From IMG/VR virus record IMGVR_UViG_3300020375_000001, positions 32,001 to 96,000 of that record: a stretch of 64,000 nucleotides of DNA. One strand, 5' to 3'. Made by a program: the position numbers and the translations under genes. Shown in pieces: positions 39,441 through 49,429 of the stretch. The notes beneath the pieces are model-generated. The model had not been told where the DNA came from. It saw only the letters and a list, made by a program, of their open reading frames with translations, and did not search any database. Origin of the DNA: a virus. Lineage: Duplodnaviria > Caudoviricetes. Position 1 is the first letter of the stretch; every line of letters begins with the position of its first letter.

Positions 39441-39725
39441 TTAATTTACCTCGCCCTTTAGTTCCAAGACCAACCTACCAAACTCTTCGTCATTATTTAA
39501 AAAGTGGTAAGTTACAACTTCTGGTTTAACTAATGATTTAGGTATGGCAGTGAAAGTTATGTGTTCTAACCCACCGTTACGCAAATGATTGTATAAAGCA
39601 ACTTCTATGCTTTTAAATATTTCCTCTTTGGGGAGAGACTTGGCTATCCCCGCATCGGCCGTATCGTTAATCACCCCAGATAAACAATTGGTCATGTCCA
39701 GATTATTAGTTATACTACTAATCAT
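39441..39725 (-). CDS. Hypothetical protein
   Basis: 94-aa ORF in a tightly packed operon. Confidence 0.5.
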   Translation of the reverse strand: MISSITNNLDMTNCLSGVINDTADAGIAKSLPKEEIFKSIEVALYNHLRNGGLEHITFTAIPKSLVKPEVVTYHFLNNDEEFGRLVLELKGEVN

Positions 39726-39727
39726 AA

Positions 39728-40873
39728 TTACAATACTCCGTCGAGAAGACCTAACATCTTCTCTCGTTTAGGCATGTCAATATGGTCTAGACGTGCCTCG
39801 AGTAAACGTTTGACAGAATCTTTGGTAATATCGACAGTTTGATACTTAGTTACCAATTCCATTTTAGAATCGTTAACCATGTCTTCCGCAGCCTCTCTGT
39901 TAATGGTCCATTTAACATGGTCCCACATCAATTCGAGGTCACGTTTGGCTGCCGCTACTTCTGAGCCTGCCCGTGCAATTATTCTGACATGCGAATGCGC
40001 TGGTAACTTCTCCACCCGTTCTTTTAAAACGTCCATGGTGTCAGACAGCGTCATGTCTAAACAGCTAATCGTTATAAACTTAGTTGCAAGTTCATTTTCG
40101 ATAAAAGTAATATCGTCAGGTTTGTCCGCATGAATACACACACGGTAATGCCCTTTAGCACCTTCCTCACCATGACAGAGTCTATCAAAAGACCCATTCA
40201 CTAGCACAGAGGAATTATACTTCTTACTTTTGTACGAACGTTGGGTATGGTGGTGTCCAATGTCAACGTAGTGTTCGGTTATACCTAAGTACCGGTCAGA
40301 GAGGTGATGTGAAAAGTTTAAGTGTTCAGGTAATTGAAACTCAAACAATCCGTGCATGACACTGAAGTCAACCTTCTCTAATCCACGGTCGTGTAGTAAA
40401 CCTTGAACTTGCGACCATGTGTCGTTAGGGTCATGTTCCCATTCATCAGGTACATATAGAACGTTAATGTCTAACGACTCAATGTACTCAATGCACAGGT
40501 TCTCAATCCAGCGGAAATCACACTTGGATTCTAACAACTCATGTATCTGCGTAAACATACAACCCTGCTTCCAGTCATGCGAAGGCGTACCTTCTAATAG
40601 ACGTAACACAATGTTGTACTTTTCACACAGGCGTATTAGGTGACGGATAAAGATTTGAATCTCACCGATACCGTCATACGACAAATATAAGTTACGGTCA
40701 AAGAAATCCCCAGCAATAAAGATGACATCCAGTTCAGACGTTTCTTTGTTATCAGGAAAAGCTTTATGTAGACCATCGACTACGCTGACGGTAGGCACCC
40801 GTGGGTGCCCAACGTGTATGTCAGAAATGAAAGCAACATTGAGTTCGCCGCGCTTACATCTCTTCGAAATCAT
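39728..40873 (-). CDS. SbcD/Mre11-like metallophosphoesterase nuclease
   Basis: SDIHVGH, AGDFFD, GTPSHD, HG, GHHH motifs. Confidence 0.85.
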   Translation of the reverse strand: MISKRCKRGELNVAFISDIHVGHPRVPTVSVVDGLHKAFPDNKETSELDVIFIAGDFFDRNLYLSYDGIGEIQIFIRHLIRLCEKYNIVLRLLEGTPSHDWKQGCMFTQIHELLESKCDFRWIENLCIEYIESLDINVLYVPDEWEHDPNDTWSQVQGLLHDRGLEKVDFSVMHGLFEFQLPEHLNFSHHLSDRYLGITEHYVDIGHHHTQRSYKSKKYNSSVLVNGSFDRLCHGEEGAKGHYRVCIHADKPDDITFIENELATKFITISCLDMTLSDTMDVLKERVEKLPAHSHVRIIARAGSEVAAAKRDLELMWDHVKWTINREAAEDMVNDSKMELVTKYQTVDITKDSVKRLLEARLDHIDMPKREKMLGLLDGVL

Positions 40874-41423
40874 CGTCTTTGAACTCTGCTGCTTTTGGTT
40901 CTTCAATTTTCTCGGACTTTAACCCGCCAATAGGTTCGAATCCGTAATACTCCAAGATTGCGTTCCACTGACGAACTTCTTCCAAGTCCACACCTTCTTT
41001 TACAATCTTCTCACCCAAGTTATCGATGATGTGGCGCTGACCCAATGCTGGGTGACGGTCATGGTACTGACGTGCCTCAATCATGATGGTGTGGGATGAT
41101 TTATGCGATTGAACATTAATCAAGGTGGGGTGGCGTTTAACCAGTGGTGGAACAACAAAGATGACTTGTCCGTTCTTCACTACATTTACAGACTCGTACG
41201 CCGTACCGGAGATATCCAGCCACGGTGACAGGTCAACGTTTTTAGCAGTGGACGTGAACATAGGCAAATACTTGTTACGGAAGTCTGCCTCAGGTATTGC
41301 ACGCACAATACCGTCTGTCATTTCACCAATTGATAACATGGCATCCACCAGCTCCGCAGGCATAGTGGTTTCATTTGTTTCGTACTTATCCGGAACTACG
41401 GGTACTTGTTTTTCGTCGGCCAT
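40854..41423 (-). CDS. Conserved hypothetical protein
   Basis: Start ATG 41423 with GAGGG; acidic tail. Confidence 0.65.
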   Translation of the reverse strand: MADEKQVPVVPDKYETNETTMPAELVDAMLSIGEMTDGIVRAIPEADFRNKYLPMFTSTAKNVDLSPWLDISGTAYESVNVVKNGQVIFVVPPLVKRHPTLINVQSHKSSHTIMIEARQYHDRHPALGQRHIIDNLGEKIVKEGVDLEEVRQWNAILEYYGFEPIGGLKSEKIEEPKAAEFKDDDFEEM

Positions 41424-41424
41424 C

Positions 41425-41832
41425 TTAACCCTCGACATCATTAAGAACGTTCGTAACCTTTTCAATGGTTGAATTACGAACAGTGATTAAATATTGCATG
41501 TCTTGGCTTTTACCGTTATTGGTAATAACCCCACGCGTTACAATTTCTAGCTTAGCCCCGTCTTCTTTTATTTCGACGTGTAGGTCTACGCTATCAAAAA
41601 GTTTCTTAAGGTAATCCTCAAGCGTCTTCTGTATAGAAGATTGCAATTGAGTAATATTTTTATTGTACTTAGAGATAACCCATTGAATACTTACTATTTT
41701 ACCAGCAAATGTTACCGACTGTGAATTATCACTCGTGAAGGCATAAGACATCGCATGGTCTAAGCGTTCTGCAACATCCCCATCTTTAAGCCAACCCTTT
41801 GCCGATAAAGTTGGTATTGTTCTATTGTTCAT
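41425..41832 (-). CDS. Possible T4 gp25-like baseplate wedge protein
   Basis: 135 aa; IQKTLEDYL helix followed by VDLHVEI/LEIV strands. Confidence 0.35.
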   Translation of the reverse strand: MNNRTIPTLSAKGWLKDGDVAERLDHAMSYAFTSDNSQSVTFAGKIVSIQWVISKYNKNITQLQSSIQKTLEDYLKKLFDSVDLHVEIKEDGAKLEIVTRGVITNNGKSQDMQYLITVRNSTIEKVTNVLNDVEG

Positions 41833-41890
41833 ATCCCAGGTATCCCCATTACAAAAAAGAAAGGAGTTTTCACCCCCCTCTTCTATTTAC

Positions 41891-42499
41891 TTACAGTCTG
41901 TCGTTTAGAGGAGACGTTGTATCCTCACGACGGCGCTTCATCAACAAACGTTGTGCACCCCAAGCTGCCTTGATATCCACTTGTTGCGTAAACGTCAAAT
42001 CATCTTCTGCGTTTACATGCGACTCGTAGTAACTGGTACAGCAGCCACCGCCCTCTTCGTCTTCCATAAAGATACCGTCAGTAACACGACGATAATCTGC
42101 ATGGTCTTCGCCGATGCGGTTAGGTTCCCAATCATCATAAGTTTTAGAATAACCATCACAAATTTGTTGGTTACGCATCTCACGAATTTCAGGGTCGGCC
42201 ATAAGCCAACGTTGCATAGTAAGTTTAGCTTGCTGTAGAGCACCCACGTCACCAACATACTTGATGTCGTCAGTGTCCCATGCATGGCGAAACTTACGCG
42301 CCAGAGCTTCGGTACGACGGTATGCTTCTTCACTAGTTGCTCGTTCTACAAGCTCCCGCTTTTCTTCGAAGAAACTACGACCGGCTTCCGTTAAGTTTTC
42401 CCAACCTTGTGTAAACTGGTTCTTAACAAAGTCGATTGTACCTTTGTGAGGCAGCCCGTAGACTGAAGCATCGAATGCGTCGAGGCTATCTATCTGCAT
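41891..42499 (-). CDS. Conserved hypothetical protein
   Basis: 202 aa, AGGTAGG RBS. Confidence 0.7.
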   Translation of the reverse strand: MQIDSLDAFDASVYGLPHKGTIDFVKNQFTQGWENLTEAGRSFFEEKRELVERATSEEAYRRTEALARKFRHAWDTDDIKYVGDVGALQQAKLTMQRWLMADPEIREMRNQQICDGYSKTYDDWEPNRIGEDHADYRRVTDGIFMEDEEGGGCCTSYYESHVNAEDDLTFTQQVDIKAAWGAQRLLMKRRREDTTSPLNDRL

Positions 42500-42563
42500 A
42501 TCCTACCTTTCCTTTTATTTCGTTAAAGTTTGCCCACCTATAAAGATAGGCAAGGGTGTAATT

Positions 42564-43718
42564 TTACGACTCATTATCCGCGTTTACTTCATCAAAGAAC
42601 GTTTCCAATTCATCTAAGCGACGATTAATATCATCGTTCAGGTGACTGATTAGTTCCAGATTAAAGTGGTTAATCGGGATAAAGATGATACTGCGGTGAA
42701 CTCGCACCGTCTCATCGTCCCATACACCTTCAACATCGTCTGGTATGTCATCTGGATGATATATGGCTAAACGTGCTTTGAATCTATCTTTTACAAACGC
42801 CACGGTCTTTTTACACAATAATTCAGAGTCCGACTTAATCGAACATAAGGGATTGTACAGTTCCGCATTTTCATTGTAGCAGACAGCATATACCTTCATC
42901 TCATCTTCAGACATTGTGCGCGGTGCACGATACAAGAAGAATGGATTGTTAGGTAGTTGGTCACGTACGCTAGGGAAGTTAGTTGCAGCTGCAATCAAAA
43001 CGTCTTTTGGAATGTCCGTTTCCAGATTATGAAAATCAAAGTCCAGTCCAATAGAGTCCAGATAACTATTGACGTTATCCTCTATCTCCCCAGTAACCTC
43101 TTGCACGTAAATATCCATAAGGCGATTGTTCTCCGTCAGGTATTCTTCAATCTCAGGGTCTTGGGGTTCGTAGATTTTGCAATCCGCGTAAGGTGCAATT
43201 TGTTCTTCCAACGAAATGCCTTCTTCATACGCCCATACCACCTGAACAAAGCGATACGGTAACATCTGACCATGAAATTTCTCTACCTCACATTCCTCAC
43301 GGATAATAAAGGTGGCGTAGTCTACAACATGTCCACTATCTTCCAATAATGGATTACGAATCTTTTCATCGTCATGTGTTTCTGGCGGTGACCATAGCAA
43401 CTTTGCATTGTCTATATCAAACAACACTTTAGGGTCAGTCTCATCACTGAGTGTAAGGGCTTTACCACTTTCATCCGCGACCATATGTTCAAACAGTGAT
43501 GGCGTTAAATTACATGACTGGTAACCCATGGGGAAGACCATCTTAATGTCAAGTAATCCCAGGGCAGGGCGATTGTGCGTATGCATCTCAACTTCAGAGC
43601 TGGTTTCAGATTCCACGGTATGAATAATCTGCTCTTTACGTAACAGTGCCGCCAAGCCGATTGCACAAATATCTTTTGGCATTGGGTTAACGGGTAAATC
43701 TATATTTAAAGTGTTCAT
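42564..43718 (-). CDS. Acidic hypothetical protein
   Basis: Start ATG 43718 with AAGGA. Confidence 0.7.
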   Translation of the reverse strand: MNTLNIDLPVNPMPKDICAIGLAALLRKEQIIHTVESETSSEVEMHTHNRPALGLLDIKMVFPMGYQSCNLTPSLFEHMVADESGKALTLSDETDPKVLFDIDNAKLLWSPPETHDDEKIRNPLLEDSGHVVDYATFIIREECEVEKFHGQMLPYRFVQVVWAYEEGISLEEQIAPYADCKIYEPQDPEIEEYLTENNRLMDIYVQEVTGEIEDNVNSYLDSIGLDFDFHNLETDIPKDVLIAAATNFPSVRDQLPNNPFFLYRAPRTMSEDEMKVYAVCYNENAELYNPLCSIKSDSELLCKKTVAFVKDRFKARLAIYHPDDIPDDVEGVWDDETVRVHRSIIFIPINHFNLELISHLNDDINRRLDELETFFDEVNADNES

Positions 43719-43764
43719 TAGTCTTCCTTTTATTTTAACTAATAAAGGTAGGGGAATTTCACCC

Positions 43765-44331
43765 CTACTCAATGTCGCCTAACTTATTCTTTACCTCATT
43801 CAAGGTATACATCCCCACAATGGGTTTGTGTTCCATGAAATCGTCTGACAATAAGCCACGCATGATTAACAAATCGTTGACGTTAACTGACTCTGGGTTA
43901 TCTACCTTAGAACGCCCACAGAGGACGTAGGGGTAGTGAGACATGAAATCTAGTAGTACCGCTCGGGTAACCAATTTCGTATCCTGTCGCCAGTGTACAG
44001 CGTCATGCATGAAGATGGTTGGTGCTTCAAATATCGTGGGGTATTTAGAACCCTTATCGCGATACAGTCCGACCCAACTATCTTCTTCTTTTAACACGCG
44101 GTCTAATCCTACCTTTGCACGCATTACGTACGGCAGTATATAGACGCTAATCTGGGATTCGCTCCACCGGTTGAGCTTAGCAATAGAAACGAATCGTTCA
44201 GTAGCACATGTTACAACATCATCCATTTTGAAAAATGTTCTTAGTACATCCATTTGCGGTTTGAGTGCCTCTAAAAGAGTTTCCTTAAATCGCCTGTAGT
44301 ACCGTACTTCTTTTTCTACGCCTTCAACCAT
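43765..44331 (-). CDS. Hypothetical protein
   Basis: 188 aa, GGAG RBS. Confidence 0.65.
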   Translation of the reverse strand: MVEGVEKEVRYYRRFKETLLEALKPQMDVLRTFFKMDDVVTCATERFVSIAKLNRWSESQISVYILPYVMRAKVGLDRVLKEEDSWVGLYRDKGSKYPTIFEAPTIFMHDAVHWRQDTKLVTRAVLLDFMSHYPYVLCGRSKVDNPESVNVNDLLIMRGLLSDDFMEHKPIVGMYTLNEVKNKLGDIE

Positions 44332-44344
44332 GTTACATCTCCTT

Positions 44345-45064
44345 TCAGTATGTCAATAAGCGTTCCACCCAATATTTTGTTGTTGCAATGGACAGTTCTG
44401 CCTCACGACGTAACTGTTCCAATAACTCTTTGGTAAAATCAGTGTAGTGTATAACGAAAGTTCCACTTGAATAATACCAGCGGTAGTCGGGTAATTTGTT
44501 TAGGTGGTAAAACACATCGTCGTCAACACGGTCAAGGTTAACTACCGCGATGCGACAGTTAATGTATGTCTCGGCATACCCTACCTTCTCTTTACACAGC
44601 GCCTCTACAGGCATGGCATGGCGCAATAGTTCGCACATAGCTAAACTGTGTCGTTTAGAAACGTAGTCCGTAGAATATTTCACGGGTCTACTAGCAACCT
44701 GCTTATATTCTTCGTACCAATTCCCAATAGCCTGTTTGGCTAGAAACAAACTATCAATAATTTCTTCATTCACAATACGTCGACCAATGTTCACGTCAAC
44801 GTAGAGAAATAATCTAACACCATCAAAATAGAATTTAAACCAGCCATCACTAGCTAACTCATTGTTAGACATGAACTTGAGGATAATGGTTTCCTCAAAT
44901 AGCGGATTTATATTGTATAACCACAGTCTAATGTTTTCCATCTTAGAATGCATGTTTGGTGTAGGATGTATTGTTTTCAAGGGACTCACTGCGGCGTATC
45001 TAGGCTTCTCCGATAAACCTCTAATCTTAGCGCTGAAATCTCCTATTACTGCTTCGTTCAGCAT
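44345..45064 (-). CDS. Hypothetical protein
   Basis: 239 aa, AGGA RBS. Confidence 0.65.
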   Translation of the reverse strand: MLNEAVIGDFSAKIRGLSEKPRYAAVSPLKTIHPTPNMHSKMENIRLWLYNINPLFEETIILKFMSNNELASDGWFKFYFDGVRLFLYVDVNIGRRIVNEEIIDSLFLAKQAIGNWYEEYKQVASRPVKYSTDYVSKRHSLAMCELLRHAMPVEALCKEKVGYAETYINCRIAVVNLDRVDDDVFYHLNKLPDYRWYYSSGTFVIHYTDFTKELLEQLRREAELSIATTKYWVERLLTY

Positions 45065-45165
45065 TCCTGGATAATTCCTGTTTTGTTATTGTAGTTATGG
45101 TTGTAGACAAAAAGGGATAGCGAAGCTAAACGACTATCCCCTCTATGATATCTTTGTGAGATATT

Positions 45166-45411
45166 TTAGGTTACGATATTCACCATAAAACTTGAAGCCA
45201 GCAGAGACGCTAATACTCGTGCTGAATAGAATCGGAAATTGATTCTAATGCAAGCTTTGATGATTAAGAAAAGAATACATATCGAGTAAGTCTGTACCAT
45301 GTACTCTTTTCCCCATGACTCCGTAAGGATGTAACCTAGTGCAGTAAACACCAACACTATCTCAAAGAACTTTGCAGGTTCCCGTATATCTTTATAACGT
45401 ACTTTTTGCAT
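45166..45411 (-). CDS. Small membrane protein
   Basis: 2-3 hydrophobic segments in 81 aa. Confidence 0.6.
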   Translation of the reverse strand: MQKVRYKDIREPAKFFEIVLVFTALGYILTESWGKEYMVQTYSICILFLIIKACIRINFRFYSARVLASLLASSFMVNIVT

Positions 45412-45423
45412 ACCAATCTCCTG

Positions 45424-45636
45424 TTATTCATTGGCTGTATTTCTACTACTGCGACACGCCCGACACCAGCTCTGCGCTATGCGCCTGCGATATCGTTCAC
45501 CCCGTTTACCATCTACCACACGAGTTCCGAATGCATCATCTAGCTCTCGTCTAGTACTTGCATATTCTGGACACTGTGGACACTGATGCGGTAGCACCAC
45601 CGCATCTATTATTTTCTCTTTCTTCTTCACCGCCAT
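45424..45636 (-). CDS. Small zinc-finger-like protein
   Basis: CPQC...FG.R...QSWCRAC. Confidence 0.6.
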   Translation of the reverse strand: MAVKKKEKIIDAVVLPHQCPQCPEYASTRRELDDAFGTRVVDGKRGERYRRRIAQSWCRACRSSRNTANE

Positions 45637-45707
45637 CTTTTACCTCTTTTCCAATAAACAGCATTAAAAACGGGACGATGATAAATACTGCAAAGGCACA
45701 ATACAAA

Positions 45708-45848
45708 CTAACCACCTTGAATCAACCCAATAGCAAAGTTGCTGATGGCGTGACCTATGACCGTCCCGACGGTTAGACCTATAATACCTAGCAACAGTAA
45801 TAACGTGATGTACGCTGCTGGTTTTAGTCGATAAAGTAGAGCAGTCAT
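45708..45848 (-). CDS. Small membrane protein (46 aa, not in ORF track)
   Basis: Hand translation MTALLYRLKPAAYITLLLLLGIIGLTVG...; ATGA overlap with the upstream gene. Confidence 0.5.
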   Translation of the reverse strand: MTALLYRLKPAAYITLLLLLGIIGLTVGTVIGHAISNFAIGLIQGG

Positions 45849-46120
45849 CTCTTCCCCTCTTGTTCTTTTAGTTTATCCCATAAGGCCAATCGTTCTGGAC
45901 TCATGAAGTAGTCATTGATGTCCCCGCCATCTCGACACTCAGGACATTCGTGAATTTGATAGGATGGGTTTTCCCAACCATCCCGTTCGGTTTCCGTAGG
46001 ACACTCACTGACTTTAAATGTTTTACCACAACTACCACATTTACACAGGTCAGCCTTGACTTCACTTGAATGTTTAGGTTCCGGAAACCCTTTAAATGTT
46101 AATTCATCGTTTGTTACCAT
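45845..46120 (-). CDS. Zinc-ribbon protein
   Basis: CKCGSC...CPEC; start ATG 46120. Confidence 0.6.
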   Translation of the reverse strand: MVTNDELTFKGFPEPKHSSEVKADLCKCGSCGKTFKVSECPTETERDGWENPSYQIHECPECRDGGDINDYFMSPERLALWDKLKEQEGKR

Positions 46121-46331
46121 TGAACCAGCTCCTCGGGTTAATGCGACCATCGTACCACATGACCACAAACAGAAAGACAGCCGACAGAAATAAACCCATT
46201 ACCAGTCCTTCCACTTTAGTCCAATTTATCTGAACGCCCAATAGATGAACGACGCCCATTAGTACAAAGCCAATGGCAAAGCCCAATACTACACATTGAC
46301 CATTGCTCAACTTACTTACAAACTTATCCAT
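46104..46331 (-). CDS. Two-TM membrane protein
   Basis: Two hydrophobic helices in 75 aa; AAGGA RBS. Confidence 0.6.
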   Translation of the reverse strand: MDKFVSKLSNGQCVVLGFAIGFVLMGVVHLLGVQINWTKVEGLVMGLFLSAVFLFVVMWYDGRINPRSWFNGNKR

Positions 46332-46345
46332 TTATTGTTCCTTAA

Positions 46346-46384
46346 ACGACATAAGTGGGACGACAGCGCAATGCCATCGTCCCA
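46346..46384 (-). terminator. Hairpin after nvRNAP beta' gene + TTATGTCGT
   Basis: TGGGACGA...TCGTCCCA. Confidence 0.6.
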
Positions 46385-46389
46385 GTCAG

Positions 46390-47874
46390 TTATTGTCCTA
46401 CCGCTAAAAGGTTTTCATGCTCACTGAAGTAACCACACAGCGTAGAACATGTCGGGGCTGGAATGCTTACAATACCAGATACACTTCGCGGTTTATGCAA
46501 ATCCTGAATACCCAAGTGAGTAGACATGTTATAGAATTGCTCAAACAGTTTCCGGTCAGTGATAAGTAGCAAGTTAAGCGCATCCCCATCAAAGTCAGCA
46601 TTAGGACCTTTCAACACCAATACCGATAAACCAATCGTATTATCTTCAAGGTTGTCGGATTTGAATTTGGTGACGTACAATAACTGTGCAGACAGTCTGT
46701 CCAACGTAGGGTTACGCTGTAGAACAATTGGAATACCCTTCTTACCACTGCGTATTGTGGCGTAAGGGGATTCTTCAATCAATTCATTCAGAATCTCTGC
46801 AATCTCTTCATCGTAATGGTTAGCGGCCAGCGACAGTTTGTAAGACCGTTCGCGTGGAGTGTAACCACGTTTATCGAGTTTGTTAGTAATGTGGATACGA
46901 AACAGACCGATAGCCATTGTCCACGGCATGTGACATTCGTCGTAGTCGTGGGTGTTAGAGATGGATGTGATAACGCCACGAGCTGTGAACTCTAGACGAG
47001 AACCGAACACATGGTGTCGCGACATCCCTTCTTTACGCCCAATGATGTCTTTATAGTTAACCTTGTAGTAGTTCGAGATTTGCTCATGAAATCTGAATAC
47101 CCGGTTCTCTATCACCCGCTGTGAATGTGGTACATTAGCACCGCTCACACTACAGATGGCTCGTATTGCATCAAGACACTCAACCTGACTAGGGTCAACT
47201 ACTTTACCCGCCGTTGTTGTTTCAGTAACAAACGCAATCCGGTTTGGGATTGGTAAGTACTTGGTAAACGTCGAGTCGTAGTTATCCACCAGCAACTTAA
47301 ACACCGCATCACGTCGAATCTGTGTTGCTAGTTTAGAGTCACCGGTTTTACCGTAGTCGTTCTGATGTAGGTAGGTAATGATATCTTTGTAGTTATTAAC
47401 AAAGTATTCCCAGCCACGCTCAAAGCCCGCATTACGGAGATTATCAATTTTCGCTTGGTGCTCAGGATTGTATTTGTAATCCTTGTTGGCAAACCACGAA
47501 ATGAAACTGGTGTCTGACTTACTGAAGTGTTCTTGCAGAATGCTCCAGATATCAGGGTTACACAGATACGAAATTGACTCCGGTGGACGAATCCAAACTA
47601 CTGGATTGATGTCGCTACCAAAAATATCTTCGACTGGTGAATTACAGTGGGGACAGATTTTACCCTTGTTTGCAACCCCTCGTGTGGGATTGTCCGTACA
47701 CGCACATTTGGGGACAGATTCAATTGTGTCTCCATCGTACGTAGTAGTAAGTAATCGCGATAGCGCTTCGCGGCCTTCTATTGTTTCGGGCGAGAAGTCA
47801 TTCACGAACACTGGTGTGTAAGGTAAATCATCAAATACCTTTTCGTGGTTTACGACTCCGAGGTGATAACCCAT
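46390..47874 (-). CDS. Non-virion RNA polymerase beta' N-terminal catalytic subunit (phiKZ gp55-56.1-like)
   Basis: NADFDGD catalytic motif, LQRNPTL, GSRLEFTARGVI, N-terminal CAC...CPHC zinc site. Confidence 0.92.
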   Translation of the reverse strand: MGYHLGVVNHEKVFDDLPYTPVFVNDFSPETIEGREALSRLLTTTYDGDTIESVPKCACTDNPTRGVANKGKICPHCNSPVEDIFGSDINPVVWIRPPESISYLCNPDIWSILQEHFSKSDTSFISWFANKDYKYNPEHQAKIDNLRNAGFERGWEYFVNNYKDIITYLHQNDYGKTGDSKLATQIRRDAVFKLLVDNYDSTFTKYLPIPNRIAFVTETTTAGKVVDPSQVECLDAIRAICSVSGANVPHSQRVIENRVFRFHEQISNYYKVNYKDIIGRKEGMSRHHVFGSRLEFTARGVITSISNTHDYDECHMPWTMAIGLFRIHITNKLDKRGYTPRERSYKLSLAANHYDEEIAEILNELIEESPYATIRSGKKGIPIVLQRNPTLDRLSAQLLYVTKFKSDNLEDNTIGLSVLVLKGPNADFDGDALNLLLITDRKLFEQFYNMSTHLGIQDLHKPRSVSGIVSIPAPTCSTLCGYFSEHENLLAVGQ

Positions 47875-47916
47875 ATGTAGCTCCTTTTATTTATTATACG
47901 GTTACTGTATCCCCTA

Positions 47917-47933
47917 GATAATATATCTCTGAA
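47917..47933 (-). promoter_or_regulatory. Early-type promoter TTCAGAGATATATTATC
   Basis: Same motif family as 31476. Confidence 0.7.
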
Positions 47934-47990
47934 AAAAAGTAGAAAGCTAAAATAAGTAGGGAGTCCTGAGACTCCCTGTGAACGTTTTAC

Positions 47991-48368
47991 TTACTTCTTC
48001 AGAGCAACCGTCCAGCCTTTCACTGTAAAACCGCTTGGGTCTTTTGTCAGGCGGTTAACAACGGTATTGATTGTACAGTCACAGATGTGTGCGATTGCCT
48101 CTGCGGTATGTACGGTTTCAACGACATCACCTTTAGAAACGGTGTAGGATTTTGATTCTGCAACCAAATCTGCTTCCACAACTTCTACAGTCCACCCGCC
48201 GCAAGTATGTGTAGGTTCGTCACCTTCCAACTTTTCACGAAGTGCATCTACCGCGATGTCAAGATAACCATTGGTCAGGATGAACATGAAACGTGCACCC
48301 TCATCTACATTGGTCAAAGGATATTTGTTGCCGTTGGGGGCCACAACGCGTACCACTTTATCACTCAT
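47991..48368 (-). CDS. Tandem NUMOD1-like DNA-binding domain protein
   Basis: Two modules, each ending G(G/F)-x-x-x-GWTV; paralog of 48722-49117. Confidence 0.5.
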   Translation of the reverse strand: MSDKVVRVVAPNGNKYPLTNVDEGARFMFILTNGYLDIAVDALREKLEGDEPTHTCGGWTVEVVEADLVAESKSYTVSKGDVVETVHTAEAIAHICDCTINTVVNRLTKDPSGFTVKGWTVALKK

Positions 48369-48468
48369 GGTTTTCAACCTTATAATAGTTAGTTTGTTTA
48401 CAGACATAAAAAGAAGTTACGGCGTATTTTTTAGCCAAAAAAAAAAGAAGGAGCTTTCGCCCCTACCT

Positions 48469-48762
48469 TTATATCTCCACATTTGTGAAGACGGTTATAC
48501 ATATTGATAGCGTAGATAACCCAACGGCCAATCTTGCTATAGGAACTCCTGAGGCATCATAATGTATCCAACACTCATCAGTCACGCAGACAATGAACAA
48601 GGTTAGGATTAGATACATGTTCATCTTTCCCGGTATTCCAAATATGTTCGCCAGTATAACTATAGCAATGGATACTAGCCATATCAGGTAACTTATTCTT
48701 CTTTCCGACCTCAGTATCATATTACCATCCCACATTTTGTTTCCGGTAGCGAAAACCTTCAT
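48469..48762 (-). CDS. Membrane protein (3 TM)
   Basis: Hydrophobic segments. Confidence 0.55.
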   Translation of the reverse strand: MKVFATGNKMWDGNMILRSERRISYLIWLVSIAIVILANIFGIPGKMNMYLILTLFIVCVTDECWIHYDASGVPIARLAVGLSTLSICITVFTNVEI

Positions 48763-49117
48763 GGGTATTACTAAAGCCGTTGATGAGTGTACGCACCCTA
48801 GCTTCTTTTATTCCCATTACTCCAGCACATTCTTTAATAGAACTGAAATACCTTGGTTCATTGGTACTAAGGGACGTCACAACTACGCCAATTCCGGCAC
48901 GCCTTGCTGTGTAATCTACAGCTACTGTCCAGCCTTTATATTGATAATTACTGCGAGGATTACGTTTCAACCCTTTAAGGATGTTGTCGTAGTCTTCTTT
49001 CTGTAACTCATCGCTGACGATGACCAGTGTACGCACTGCATCTTCTAACGAAGGTAAAGCATGTTCCTTACCCGTTGGACTAATAACCACACCTTTAAGT
49101 TCAGCCATCTGCACCAT
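48722..49117 (-). CDS. Tandem NUMOD1-like DNA-binding domain protein
   Basis: RYFSSIKECAGVMGIKEARVRTLING...GFRYRK is a typical NUMOD1 pattern. Confidence 0.6.
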   Translation of the reverse strand: MVQMAELKGVVISPTGKEHALPSLEDAVRTLVIVSDELQKEDYDNILKGLKRNPRSNYQYKGWTVAVDYTARRAGIGVVVTSLSTNEPRYFSSIKECAGVMGIKEARVRTLINGFSNTHEGFRYRKQNVGW

Positions 49118-49400
49118 CCGCCTTTGCTACGTTCGTTTTAAGTTTAGCACGGTTAGTTTGTACGTTGTGCTGTACCGCCACTTTTACTACGTCATGTGGC
49201 TCAAAGCCTGACAGCTTACACAGAATTACCAAGTGGGAAATGGTCATGTCGATTGTTCCATCCATAATCGCCTTTGCCTTGACGTTATCGCACATCAAAT
49301 TTTCAGCAACCACGTCAACATTCATCCCCGCCAATTTTGGCTGAAGTATTTCACGTACGGTGCGGTTTATTCCCGTCACCCATTTTAAATTAGTCCCCAT
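49101..49400 (-). CDS. XRE-like helix-turn-helix protein
   Basis: VDVVAENLMCDNVKAKAIMDG..DMTISHLVILCKLSGFEP. Confidence 0.5.
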   Translation of the reverse strand: MGTNLKWVTGINRTVREILQPKLAGMNVDVVAENLMCDNVKAKAIMDGTIDMTISHLVILCKLSGFEPHDVVKVAVQHNVQTNRAKLKTNVAKADGADG

Positions 49401-49429
49401 TTTACCTTCCTTTTATTTTAGTAAACATT

